DNA of 63,761 nucleotides, counting the filler, from Licmophora abbreviata (Eukaryota), in the NCBI GenBank assembly GCA_900291995.1. It is 10 parts of 10 records of this genome, joined end to end, with 100 filler letters (N's around TTAATTAATTAA, not from the genome) between each part and the next. Parts side by side here need not be neighbours in the genome. Positions count along the whole stretch, not along the records: positions 1 to 7,969 come from OLMU01004463.1; positions 8,070 to 9,317 come from OLMU01004464.1; positions 9,418 to 11,356 come from OLMU01004465.1; 7 more parts are not named here. One strand, 5' to 3'. The notes under the pieces are model-generated. The model made no database searches and was not told the origin of the DNA. It worked only from the letters and a program-made list of their open reading frames with translations. A program made the translations under genes and the position numbers. Positions 1 to 11,237 of the stretch are shown here, piece by piece. The stretch's first letter is position 1; each line of letters starts with the position of its first letter.

Positions 1-744
1 ATGGAAGTCGAAAAGGTGAGTTGGGCTTCGAACCGCACAGTTACCCGACGGTACTGCTGCTGTGCTATACCATTCTGACCGTGTGTACACGCGCCACACA
101 CTTTAGGAAATGATGGCAAAGGAGGTGGCACAGCTCAAGGCAGAAACTGCTGATCTGAAGAGGCAGCTGGAAGCAGCTACAAAAAAGGTCGGCGCGGCGA
201 AGCAAGAGCCCAAGGTACATGCAGAAAAGCAAGTTATTGCCCGAGATCCAGAGGAGGACCAAAAAATCTTGAATATCATCAAAGAGAAGGACAGTGAGAA
301 TGAGAAGAATGGGGTGGCGAAGCGCAAGCGAGCTCCCAAGTCGCCAAAGAAAGCTGCGGCGAAGCCTGTGGAATCTGGTGAGATGTTCTTTGGACAACCA
401 ATGGAAGTGGCGCCAGAATCGCCGTCAGCCAAACAAAAAACGACCACAATTAAAAAGAAGATTGTAAAGAAGGGCTCGAAGAAGGCTGCTAAGAAGTCGA
501 AAACAAACGAAGACTGGAGCACCTTGTCCATGTCGACATTGAAGCGGAAGACGGTCAAGGACCTGTCCGAGTATCTATCGCATAAGGTAAGATCGTTGCA
601 TCTGAGGTGTCTAATGCTGCCGCTGGTCTCTGGGCTCACTTTTCCATCAATTTCCAGGGTGTTGAAGTGACTGACGGTGACGGCAAGCCGAAGAAGAAGG
701 ATGAGCTGGTAATGGCCGTTCAGAACCTGCAGAAAGTGGCATAA
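1..744 (+). CDS. Lys-rich hypothetical protein with short C-terminal helical (SAP/HeH-like) motif; 5' partial; exons 1-15, 107-586, 658-744
   Basis: GTGAGT..TTTAG (16-106) and GTAAGA..TTCCAG (587-657) introns keep the frame. C-terminus LKRKTVKDLSEYLSHK/GVEVTDGDGKPKKKDELVMAV resembles helix-extension-helix motifs (inference). Confidence 0.6.
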
Positions 745-780
745 AGTGATTCAGAACCTGCAGAAAGTGGCATAAAGTGA
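719..780 (+). repeat. Perfect 31-bp tandem duplication (TTCAGAACCTGCAGAAAGTGGCATAAAGTGA x2) spanning the stop codon
   Basis: Read directly: 719-749 is identical to 750-780. Confidence 0.95.
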
Positions 781-972
781 TACTACTTAAGCTTCCTGAT
801 TGTCTGTGATTCGTGATATATGGCTAGAAGCTAATTGTCGAGTCATAGTGTCTTGGTGCAGTAGCTTTGCGAAGTTCTGCGCTACGACGCTACATTGTAC
901 ACAGCGTGGAATTCAACAAATGTTGATGGACGATCACGAAAGGGATTCGACCCCGCCACCTTACTCGCGAAT

Positions 973-3900
973 TCATGGAATAACTCCCTTCGCGTAGAAC
1001 CTTGCAACTGTTTCGAAACGATCCTCAGACTGGTTCAGTTCTCTCCAGAAGGCTTCTCTTGCCAGCAGCGACTTGTTTTCGACGGAACCTCCCGATTCGA
1101 TTGCTGTCCGCATCTTCGCGTGCAGCTCATCGATATTGATTTTCGAAGCAGTTTCCGTGGACGTTGTCGGTGGCTTGGAAGCGATCAGGAGCGATGCTAC
1201 TTCTGCCTCCATAGAATTGCACAGCTGGTTGTACTCCTCTACGTCCGCCTGGGAGCAAGCCAATGGTCAGTTTCGAGTGAGAGACGTGTGGCAAGGGATG
1301 GTTACGGACGGCAAGAAGCATTTAGTTTCCACTTTTCGTACCTTCAAACGCAAAATTTCCTGTCGAGAATTGTCCAAAATGGCACCAACATAGTCCAATG
1401 CAACAGAGAGTGGCACAGTCTGTTGTTTCTGCTGCTCGTTCCTGTGCATGTCAACGCTGAACTGTCCTACTCCTTCACCTGCAAGTATCCTGGCAATACG
1501 AACAGGTGGTAGGGCTCCTTGAGACTTGGCCAAAGCGAGCGCCTCTCGAATGTCATCCAAAATGTCCTCCTCTTCGGACCTTGTAGAGGCGTCGTCTGTG
1601 GCTCCGTCCTGGGATGGCAAAAAGAGCAAGGTCTCGTCAGGACTAGCCCAACATTCGTCCTCGGTAGTTCTCTGAAATTACTTACATGATCAATCTTCTC
1701 GCTCGCAATCGAGACAAAGTGTCCTAAAACATCCGCAAGGATCTCCGGATCACTTCGACACATGGCAAGCATGTGGCGCCTTGCTCTGTCGCCGCCATCT
1801 TGGGCGTATCTCGCTAACAGCATAGGTGTCAATTGCATACGTTCAAACAGCAAAAGTTCGCCCTCGGCGAAACCAGCAAGTTGCACAATCACGAGCGCAT
1901 CGTAGTCGCCAATGTCCCTACTGTGCGTGTCTGTCAAGGCCTGAGTATGAAAATACGAAAAAGCAGAAGGTTAATGTGGATGCCAAGGATTGGTGTCAAA
2001 CGCTTCTGTCGACTATAGACCTCACCCCAATGGCATCCTTTCGTCGAAGCTTCTCTGCTTCTGTATCTCCATTGCGCTTGGCTTGATTCCATTCGGCAAG
2101 GGTTAACTCCAACATCGTCCTCCTCAGCGACGGTGTAAGGTGACACTTGTTACGGTTGCAATGAGCGAGGATCAAACGAAGCATCTTGGGGTGCTCCACA
2201 AACGCTGGGGCAAACAAGTGCACAGAATACTGCTCGCATCGTTTTGTATGTTCGTCCAAGGCAACATGATCTAACATCTTTGCCACGTGGTCGCCTGATG
2301 TCGACTTGGATGTTAGTTCCTTTAGGGCGCTCGGAGAGTACGTGCCGACGCACAGTGACACCACCAACCCAGCTGTTTCTCGAGGAAAGGCTCGCGCGAG
2401 TGCAGCTCCGTGAGCAACCAAGGCCTCCGCAGCTTGTGGTGCTTCTAGTGAGCAGACCGTCGCAAGAGCCTCCTTCGGAGTATGTGCCAAGCTTGATACT
2501 AACGAAGTTACCGAGCTCGATGTCTGCGCAGCACTTGTGGGAAAAGCAGCAATCTTCTCGGCAGCTTCGTTGTCATTCAACTTGAGGTAGCACGTTCGAA
2601 GCAATTCGTTGTGGACAGGTGATGCCAGATCGCGAGATCGCAACTCTTCTAGATACTTGGCAAGTAGAGGAATCTTAGGAGCGTCCAAGTAGCGGAAAAT
2701 AACATGAGATGATTCCAACGAGCCAATGGTATAAATGTACTGATCCATGGCAGCGCTGAAATCCCCCTTGCGGTATAGATGTTCCGCGTGGCGACGATAC
2801 AACGCAGTGATATCAGCAGGCTGAAAGGATGGGTCAGCGTACGACATTGAGATAGCGGCCGAATAGAGATTCTTCTGCACAAGCAGCGACACCTTCTCTG
2901 AGATGTCCTTCTCGGTTAGAGTCACGATGGAACCACCCGACTATCGATCGTAAACAAACAGGAAAAGATGTGAGATTCTGGGTGGCTATCGCGCTCACAA
3001 TCTAAAGCAGTGATACACGGCTTACCGTCAAGACAATAGCACTGGAACGTCCTTGTGTGACCTTTCTCCCTGTACCCGTAATCGTTGTCATGCCCACAGC
3101 ACGCAGCGCCTTGTGTCCCGGTGATAGAAGTACATGGAATGCAACCAGCTTGTGAACGGAATCGTAGACGTCGACCGCATCACGTCCAGACTTTACATCA
3201 GTGGAAGCCACGAGTGTGTAATTCTGTGGCGGAATGGCACACATGCAGTGTTTAGTGCCATCAATCGGTGATACGTGAATCTTCTGTGTTTTCGAGTATA
3301 TGTACAATCCATCAGGACGTGCTACCATATAGTGCATACCATCGTTGCTCGTCGGAATGACATCACACAACACTGAAGACTGAACGTCGCGTCCATCCAA
3401 GTCATGACGGGCTGAAGGTGCTACGGCTGGTTTGTCACCGTTGGGAAGTTCAAAGCAGCAAATGCCGCTGCTACTGCTGCCGACACTGCGGGGACTGGCA
3501 GCGACTTCCGCGCTGCTCGTAGGTGTCGCGCGATGACTGTATCCGACAAAAATAGCCTGCCGTGAGTTCCATTGTACACTCGTCACGCAAGTAGTGCTGC
3601 TATGACGAGGAGATGGAATGGTCATGGTCAAGGTGAATGACGTTGGGGTGCCCTCATCGTAGCTATACCACAGGACGATTCCCGTGTCCGTGCCGACGGC
3701 AATATGTCCTGGAATCATGTCGACGACACATGCTCGTCCATACGATGATTCTTTCCAAGGGCCCGGGAGTGTCACTGTAGATGAGAACCCGGCACTGGTA
3801 GAAGTAGTGGAGCTTCTTGGCAAGGGAAGTCGACACGATAGATGTAGGTGAGGATTGACTTGCAACACGAGATTTTGGGAGCCCAATGTCACGACGTGCA

Positions 3901-4510
3901 AGTCTTCGTTGACGCGACAGGTAGCCAGTCCCACCGCGGGCTCGTCCATGGGCCTATAGTATCCTCGCCATCCATCTAAATCTTGGTCTTGTGGCTGCCC
4001 CTGACATCGCATTGTCATGTCAAAACAATGGACCAAGCTGGACTCGGAGGATGACACAAACAACAAGACCAGTCCATCACCGCTGGAGCTAGAAGACGTT
4101 GGAAGAGGAAGTACGGAGGACTGACGTTGACTGGGAAGCAGTAAAGCCTGACTATCAGTGATGCTGCTACCAGTAGTCGTCGGAACACCATCGCCTGGTG
4201 CCGCACAAGCCGTCAGGGACGACCACATGGCTGCAATGGCTTCCTCCTTTCCATCTTCTTGCAGTGGCTGCATTGACCGTTCTGCTTGAGACAGTTCTTT
4301 CTTTTTGTTGTTCTTCGTAAATCCCGGAAGAGACGCTGTCGTAACCACCATGCTCACGTCAGGTACCTCGGAAGCGGCAGTGCTTGTCATGGAGACACGA
4401 CCGCTGGATGTGAGATCCGACACGACGGTGAGATCGGAAACGACCGCCGACGGCATCGACAGTGTTTGCCGATCGAAGAATGCAAATCTCTTCCAGCGTG
4501 ATGAAGCCAT
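973..4510 (-). CDS. VPS11: Vacuolar protein sorting 11 (HOPS/CORVET) homolog; exons 4510-3026, 2940-2026, 1940-1686, 1608-1342, 1248-973
   Basis: N-terminal WKRFAFFD; LTEKDISEKVSLLVQKNLYSAAI, YRKGDFSAAMDQYIYTIG, HNELLRTCYLKL; C-terminal FETVARFYAKG. Four canonical introns join the ORF pieces in frame. Confidence 0.9.
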
Positions 4511-4887
4511 GGCTGTAAGATAGAAAAGCTAGGGCAAGGAGCTTAGCAGGCGGTCTCAAGACGTACAAGACGACGGAGTGAGTCGCCGGCTGAATACCAT
4601 GGTCGTCACCTGGTTGCTGTTTTCGTTTTGCGTTGACAGTAGAAACAGACACGTCTTTTTCGAGTTCAGTCGGGCAAACACGCCCATCAATCCCTCTTCC
4701 TCACACACATATTGAACGTGGCAGTCGACTCATACGACTGACCACGTGGAAGGACCACCCATGCGAAGTTTGATGATGATGCTCGATGCTCGGACGAGCG
4801 TTTTCAAGAACAAAACGTTTGAACGTCGTGTGTGTTGTGTTACGCTGCACACTTCGTCATTCACCTCCATTGAATCACGTCTAGAGA

Positions 4888-6060
4888 ATGAGTTCTTGCA
4901 GCAGAAAAGGGAAGAGGTGGTTGAGAGTCTCCTTGTGCTTAGTTTTGGCCCAACTGTGTGGGGGGAAGCTCGTGAGCGGCAGCTATTGGCAGCATACAGC
5001 GACCGCAAAACACCATCGTTCCGATGGCTCCGTGGCCTGGAGCCAGCATCAGACAACGCTGGTCCCGCCCCAACAATCTTTTCAGCAGCAGCAACCGCCG
5101 GTTCCAATACACCACCAGCAGCAGGCTGTACTCCAACAGCCTCCTCCACCCCTGACACCGACTGACCCCATGGACGGACTCGACCTGCCTCACGTCGACA
5201 GTCATCAGGTTTCGCTGTCTTTGAGACTCGCATGTGAATTAAACCGAAGATTGCAAGCGGGAGTACGGCTGAGAAAAGGACCAAACGACGCAAACGACGA
5301 CAACATTTCTCATAGGATGGACACACAGCAGCCCCTGCGCGGCGGGTACGTGACCCAGCCGACGTCGCTTCATCACGCAGTTCATATACACCCCTCGCAG
5401 ACTTGGCAGCCACCAATTCCAGCGACTCAATGGAATAAGAGCGATGGGGAGGACGATGAACTGACGTTGTTTCATGCCAAAGCACCTCGGCCCTCCGATG
5501 CGAAACGGAAGCGCCGTCGCGGGGCCGCAAGATGGGGACCAGATGTGCACTTGTACCTCGAGCACCTTTGGGAGTTGACCGGAGAGAGCCGGAACGACGA
5601 TACTGTGCCGCCGCAGCAACAAAGACTCTGGATTTTGTCCATGCTGTACTTGGATCGCGCATGTTCGGTCGAAACCTCTCGAGGTGCTTCTCCCAAATGC
5701 CCATTCGTGACACCCCGCACGGTTCATCGATTGGTCATGACAGCATTCTTGTTGGCGCATCGTGCCCTGAATGCTAGCGATATGGCAGCAGTATCCAGAC
5801 TGGAGAGTCGATTCATAGAATCTCTGGGGATACCCCAGACGCAGCTTGAACGAATGCAAGAGTGGATGGGCAAGGCGCAGGGAGAAACGGGTCTGTACGT
5901 GTCGCCTACGGAACTGGCACAGTGGACGCACATGTGGGAGCGAACGTGGAACAAAAACAAAAGACAGAGCCCTGTCAGAATACAGCGGCAGCCGAATCGG
6001 TCAGATGTCTTCCATGGTCCAGCACCTGCCTCTCATCCCTCGTACGCCTACCGGTATTAA
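4888..6060 (+). CDS. PHO80/P-type (cyclin U)-like cyclin-fold protein
   Basis: ILSMLYLDRA...VTPRTVHRLVMTAFLLA matches the PHO80-like cyclin pattern (YLDR...NVHRL); Q/P-rich N-terminal region. Confidence 0.7.
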   Translation: MSSCSRKGKRWLRVSLCLVLAQLCGGKLVSGSYWQHTATAKHHRSDGSVAWSQHQTTLVPPQQSFQQQQPPVPIHHQQQAVLQQPPPPLTPTDPMDGLDLPHVDSHQVSLSLRLACELNRRLQAGVRLRKGPNDANDDNISHRMDTQQPLRGGYVTQPTSLHHAVHIHPSQTWQPPIPATQWNKSDGEDDELTLFHAKAPRPSDAKRKRRRGAARWGPDVHLYLEHLWELTGESRNDDTVPPQQQRLWILSMLYLDRACSVETSRGASPKCPFVTPRTVHRLVMTAFLLAHRALNASDMAAVSRLESRFIESLGIPQTQLERMQEWMGKAQGETGLYVSPTELAQWTHMWERTWNKNKRQSPVRIQRQPNRSDVFHGPAPASHPSYAYRY

Positions 6061-6265
6061 AATGATGGCCGTTGTCAGCACATGGTCTCTCAACTCCAGC
6101 TAGTTTTAGTAAAAGCATATGATAAATCATGTTGGCAAGAGTTACTACATAGTACAGTGGTGGCGAGTTTGGTGTCTGTATCATACGTCGTTCATCGCAT
6201 GGATTCTCGTGGGGTCATGCATGCACGAACCTTCGCCCAGGACAAGTTACAGTAGCATTCTGCAA

Positions 6266-7565
6266 TCAGTTCGCAGTAAGTAGCTCTCCACGCATGGTGG
6301 AGTTGGTAGATGAATCTCGGAATACCTCGGCGTGTACACTGGACGTCTCGAGCATGTCGAGAGCATACAGCTCCTTCCGCACTGGGGCGGGAAGAGAGGT
6401 TGAAGAAACTAACTTCATTACGGATCCCTCAAGATCGACTTCTCGAGTCTCCTCGCACTCCAGAATTTCCAAAGGCTCCACTGCTTTTGGCAGTTCGTCA
6501 TCCTCCTCAGTAGATCCATCATCTGACGGTTCCTCTGGTTCTCGTGCTTTGGAAGCCAGAATGGCATTCCACACTAGATCCACGCAGTTCACCCACAGAA
6601 TGCGATGTCGGGCGGGAACCAGACCATAGGTAATGCAGTGCACCAATGGCCAAAACTTCCACGCCGTTACTACTACTGGCCCAATTCGATCCTTTACAGC
6701 TTGTTGCGTCGTTGCCCAGCTGTCTCCTCCCAACAAAGACACGGCGCCAATGTACATGCTGCATTTGACAGTCAAGTAAATCGTCTGATCCATGAGAATC
6801 TTTTCCGCTCGATTCATGAGTCCTCCTTCGACGGGGAGGATCTGATCGGAAAATTCGTAATACTGATGTACGAGAGGACCAAAGCAGAGACCAATGAATC
6901 CATTCCGGAGAGTCCGGGAAACGTCGAAGTCGAGGACATTCTTCTTCTGAAAGGCCGTCTGGCTGAGCCAGTCTCCAAGGAGGTAGATGATGACGTTAAT
7001 GCCTGTCTTGGTCATTATGGGTTTCTCGTTAAGAGCGGATTCGTATGAATTCCAGTTGTCGAGTGGGACCCGCTTGGCAATCTCGGCGGCGGTCCACCCG
7101 CGTGTCATGCCGTGATCGATGTTGACTATCAGGAGAACGAAACAGGCGGAGTATGTGAGCGAATCGATATGCGGCTGACGAGAAAGCTGGGTTCCACAGG
7201 CATTGTGAGCACTTACGAATAGTATACAGGGCATATCCAAAGCAGGCCGAAAGCAAAAGAGCATTGAGAATGCGCGTCAAGGTTACCTCTTTCTCTGGAT
7301 ACACCGTGTTCATATCATAGAGCTCCTCAACAGGCGGAGAAGTGGAGGCAACCAATCGTGTCGTTGCTGTCTGCCTTTTTTCGTCCCTCAAAGATGGCGC
7401 ATACTTGGAATTTCGGTGGTTCAGGCGCATCGGCGTGTGCTCCACAATCACGGGCCCTCTCGCCCACGAGGTCGATCGGTTCCTTGCGAGAGGCCTTGGA
7501 GGCGCAGGTGCCCAAGCCTGTGCCAGAGCGAAAATACTCAGTGGTATTGCAATTTTTCTCCACAT
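6266..7565 (-). CDS. Mpv17/PMP22 family membrane protein, probably plastid-targeted; exons 7565-7217, 7125-6266
   Basis: KPIMTKTGINVIIYLLGDWLSQ, DQTIY, WKFWPLVHCITYGLVP..HRILWVNCVDLVW; signal peptide ending AQA-WAP (ASAFAP-like); GTAAGT..TAG intron. Confidence 0.85.
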
Positions 7566-7969
7566 TGCGCCTACATGAAACATATTTCGTTTCAAAGAAG
7601 TGTCAACTCGAATCTTTGATAGAACCAGGTACAAGTACCACGGACAGAAATTGAAGGTCAAGGACTACGAGTAGCTGTGATAATAAAAACCGTGACACTG
7701 GATCAGCGGCCTTTTCCTGCTTTCTTGTTCAATCCAACAAGAGAACCACAATTTCAGGAAGCGCCCCTCCTTTCACCACTAAACCGCCGTAGGATTCGAC
7801 TCTCTCACAGACTCACTCTCTGGATGACGGTCCTGTTGGCGCTGGAGCTACCTACCCATGGGGCCATTTTATCTGCAATCATCGAATTTCAGCCGGCAGA
7901 GCTACGCAGGCTGCAGTAAATATTTTACATGCTAAATAGTTAGCATATATTTTCGTGGTGCATGCTCAG

Positions 7970-8069
7970 NNNNNNNNNNNNNNNNNNNNNNNNNNNNNNN
8001 NNNNNNNNNNNNNTTAATTAATTAANNNNNNNNNNNNNNNNNNNNNNNNNNNNNNNNNNNNNNNNNNNN
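7970..8069. other. Artificial linker N44-TTAATTAATTAA-N44 (stops in all six frames); same linker at 9318-9417, 11357-11456, 13477-13576, 25661-25760, 37439-37538, 41213-41312, 56807-56906, 62588-62687
   Basis: Identical 100-nt structure at nine positions. Confidence 0.99.
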
Positions 8070-8613
8070 TGAACCGCGGACACCGCCGTGCTGTTGATCA
8101 CGTAGCTTGTATGATACCAGTGGTCTAGCTAGTCTGCTAGGTCTAGCCCTTTCCGACACCTGTTTTGATTGCCGGCCAGTACCAGTACCGGTACATCATA
8201 CAAGGGCAAAAGAGGGGTATCTAGCTAGAGTGAAGAGCAGCAGCTTGTTGCTGAGATCAAACTCTCCTTCATACTGCCGGGTACTGTCCTTGATGAAACT
8301 GTTTTCATCGTGTTAGCTCCTGCAACTGCCTACAGGTACACTACCGGTAGCTAGGTAGACATGCAGCAGGGATACACTGTAATGACAATTATATCATAGT
8401 GACGAAACAGGACTATTGGGACAACACAAATAGAATGGTGCGCTCTCTGTCGCGAGGCCAAAAATTTCACAGATTGCCAAAACTGCAATAGAACTGTCTC
8501 TTGTTTACAGGCCGGTACAGCTAGCGGTACCGTATGGACCTGCGAGCGCCACGGGGTCAACGCGTGTGGTCTGTCTGGAAGAAAGCAAAAGTGCGATAAG
8601 ACTGTGGCGTGCA

Positions 8614-9306
8614 TCAGCATTCTAGCTCTTCTTCGCCGTTGTCTTCTACTCCCAATGAGAAAGATGATGAGCCTGAGGTCCGCTCTGTGCAAAGCGTACT
8701 CGACGCCTGTCGCCTGGGTTTGCTTGGGACAATCCTTGTCGAACTCTCATGTTTCATAAAGCTCCGCCTGTCATTGCCAGGATTTGTACCCTCGGGCTTC
8801 TTCTTATTCTTTCCTTTCCTCTTGAAGATGCCGAGTGTTGCCCTCTTCATCTTCTCCGCCACGGTATCCATTCCATCCAGGTGACTCATCTCGTTTGTGC
8901 GTTCACGTTGCGCCCGCGTTATGTTTGCAACTTTCATAGTTGAATTGATCTCCGCACGTGTGAAGCCTGCCTGACGAAGTTTCTTATCTCGAGTGTCCGC
9001 GGGCATGCGCATCTCGGCTCCACACCTTCTCGGTGGGCGCTGTTTTTCGAACTCATTCACGTCGAACTTCGCACTATGTTGACAGCTCCAATCCATGGAC
9101 AGTGGCGGTCCGCCAGTGGACCCTCCTGGGTTATCCCCTGGGACCACCGCATGCTCATGAATCTCGAGGTAGCCAAAGGAAACCTTCTTTCGATTTGGCG
9201 ATCGACGAGATCTCGTCGGAGTAGCGACATCAGAGAAACAGCTTTTCGGGGTCGTTCTCTTCTTGTCAAGCGAGGATTCTTCTCCCTTCATTTTCTGGGA
9301 AAGCAC
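8614..9306 (-). CDS. Hypothetical protein with KKVSF..GDNP..GPPLSMDW motif; start uncertain (next to gap)
   Basis: 230-aa ORF. The motif pattern resembles, from recall, a multicopy uncharacterised diatom family. Confidence 0.7.
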   Translation of the reverse strand: MLSQKMKGEESSLDKKRTTPKSCFSDVATPTRSRRSPNRKKVSFGYLEIHEHAVVPGDNPGGSTGGPPLSMDWSCQHSAKFDVNEFEKQRPPRRCGAEMRMPADTRDKKLRQAGFTRAEINSTMKVANITRAQRERTNEMSHLDGMDTVAEKMKRATLGIFKRKGKNKKKPEGTNPGNDRRSFMKHESSTRIVPSKPRRQASSTLCTERTSGSSSFSLGVEDNGEEELEC

Positions 9307-9797
9307 CTCTATTAAAGNNNNNNNNNNNNNNNNNNNNNNNNNNNNNNNNNNNNNNNNNNNNTTAATTAATTAANNNNNNNNNNNNNNNNNNNNNNNNNNN
9401 NNNNNNNNNNNNNNNNNCATGCTACCAGGGATCGGTACCTGGTGTCTTAGCTTAGGGCGTGATGTTGTGTTGCTAGCATATTGCTTGTCTTAGTCTGGTG
9501 ATCTCGTCTCAAGTGTAGCGGGTGCCTGGTACCATGTAGACTACTTGTACCTGGCACGGTTTGCGGATTTGCTTGTGGGAGGCAAGTTTTGAGGAGTATC
9601 GGAGACTGACTCCAGAATCTACTAGGGTTTTCAAAGTTCAGAGTGGACAGATCGCAGTCTTACGTTATGTTGTATGTACATCAAAGTCAGGACAAAACAT
9701 GCATAAACAATCAGGATGGACGACACCTGGCTACGCTGCTCATGATTCTCGTTTGCAGTTCCCTATTCTACGTTTCCATGAACACGATTTGTCTGTG

Positions 9798-11237
9798 CTA
9801 CACAGCAACGTCGACTCGGGTCTGCGGCTTGCTTGAGTATCCGAGGCCCTCGTCGAGCACAAACATGGCAGCATCGAGCCGGTCGAAACCATCATTGAGT
9901 TCTTCCTCGGTAATGCTCAACGGAGGAGCGCAATGAATATGAGGATAGCGATGGAGCCCGACCAGACCGTTCTCCGCGTACGCTTTCTTGTACTTAAGGA
10001 AAGCGTCGTGTGCGGCATGATGCTGCAGCTTGGGGTTCGTGCCGTCCGTGTCGTGCACGTCCATGCATCCAAACATACCAATGGAACGGTACTGCTTGAC
10101 GCAAGGGTGGCGGTCGACGAGACGCTGAATATTCGCTTCAAACAGAGGAGCCATCCGTCGAGCACGGCCGACGATATCTTCCTGAAGCAAATACTTGATG
10201 TTCTCATAAGCACACGCCAAAGCAACAGGGTGTGCCTGATAAGTACTTCCCCAACCGAGAGGCTTGTCTTCGAAGAATTCCATGATTTCTGCGTTGCAGG
10301 CCGTCATGGAAAGCGGGATACTGGCAGAAGAAATCCCCTTGGCGGAAGACACAATGTCAGGGAGAACACCCTCGTAGTTCTGGAAGCCAAACAGCTCGCC
10401 TGTTCGACCGAATCCCACCATGACTTCGTCAACATGCATGAGAATACCGTATTCGTCGCAAAGAGCACGAACACCCTGCATATATCCATCCGGCATCACG
10501 AGACATCCTCCAGCACCAACAATGCTCTCCATCATGATGGAAGCGATCGTATCAGGTCCCTCGTTGAGAATCTGTTCCTCGAGCATACGAAGAGCGGCAT
10601 TGACCTGCTCCTCTTGGTTGGCGCCATCTCCGCCGTGCGAAAAGAAGAGAGGAAAGGGATTGAACGCTTTGACGAATCCCGGGACTTGGTCGCTTCCGTA
10701 CCAACGACGAAAGTCACCGGTGGCAGCACCGGCGTGGGCCGTCGCTCCGTGGTAGGAGCGGTACCAGCTAATGACCTTTTGCTTGCCAGTGAATCTACGA
10801 GCCATCATAATTCCGGCTTCATTAGCTTCCGCGCCACTAGAGGGAAAGACCGCGGCACGCAAGTCACCGGGGAGGATCTCTCCCATGAGTTGGTTAAGAC
10901 GGGTTCGAACCTCCGTAATTCCAATGCCGCCGTAGACAAAGGGCAGAGTGCGCATCTGCTGAGCCGCCGCCTGGACTACAGCCTCCGGCACATCGTGTCC
11001 TAGGTTGGCGCAGACAGCCTGCGAGGTCCAGTCCAGGTATTGTTTGCCGGTATCGTCATAAAGGTACACGCCCTCGCCGTGTGTCATGTTAGGGACATTG
11101 TGGCGGGCCGCGCCGGGTACCCAAGTCATCATGAAGGGATGGTCCTGCCGAGAAGCGTTCAACTTATCCGAGGACCAGGATCCGAGAGGCTGGAAGTGAT
11201 CTTTGTCCACAAGTGGGACCGTGGCGTTCGATTTGGG
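9798..11237 (-). CDS. Class III (omega) PLP-dependent aminotransferase; 5' exon lost in gap
   Basis: GEGVYLYD, SSGAEANE, SYHGAT, DEVMVGFGRTG, SAKGIS (PLP Lys), GSTYQAHP. Acceptor CAG ending at 11238 opens the exon in frame. Confidence 0.9.
   Translation of the reverse strand, partial: PKSNATVPLVDKDHFQPLGSWSSDKLNASRQDHPFMMTWVPGAARHNVPNMTHGEGVYLYDDTGKQYLDWTSQAVCANLGHDVPEAVVQAAAQQMRTLPFVYGGIGITEVRTRLNQLMGEILPGDLRAAVFPSSGAEANEAGIMMARRFTGKQKVISWYRSYHGATAHAGAATGDFRRWYGSDQVPGFVKAFNPFPLFFSHGGDGANQEEQVNAALRMLEEQILNEGPDTIASIMMESIVGAGGCLVMPDGYMQGVRALCDEYGILMHVDEVMVGFGRTGELFGFQNYEGVLPDIVSSAKGISSASIPLSMTACNAEIMEFFEDKPLGWGSTYQAHPVALACAYENIKYLLQEDIVGRARRMAPLFEANIQRLVDRHPCVKQYRSIGMFGCMDVHDTDGTNPKLQHHAAHDAFLKYKKAYAENGLVGLHRYPHIHCAPPLSITEEELNDGFDRLDAAMFVLDEGLGYSSKPQTRVDVAV

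Noticed and set aside
4730..5713. 327-aa minus-strand ORF and similar long antisense ORFs (9933-11003, 28828-29802, 59604-60584, 62979-63674)
   Set aside because: Shadow ORFs opposite motif-supported genes, with no recognisable domains.
7970..8069. TTAATTAATTAA palindrome flanked by Ns, recurring nine times
   Set aside because: Artificial six-frame-stop linker; not a biological repeat or CRISPR array.
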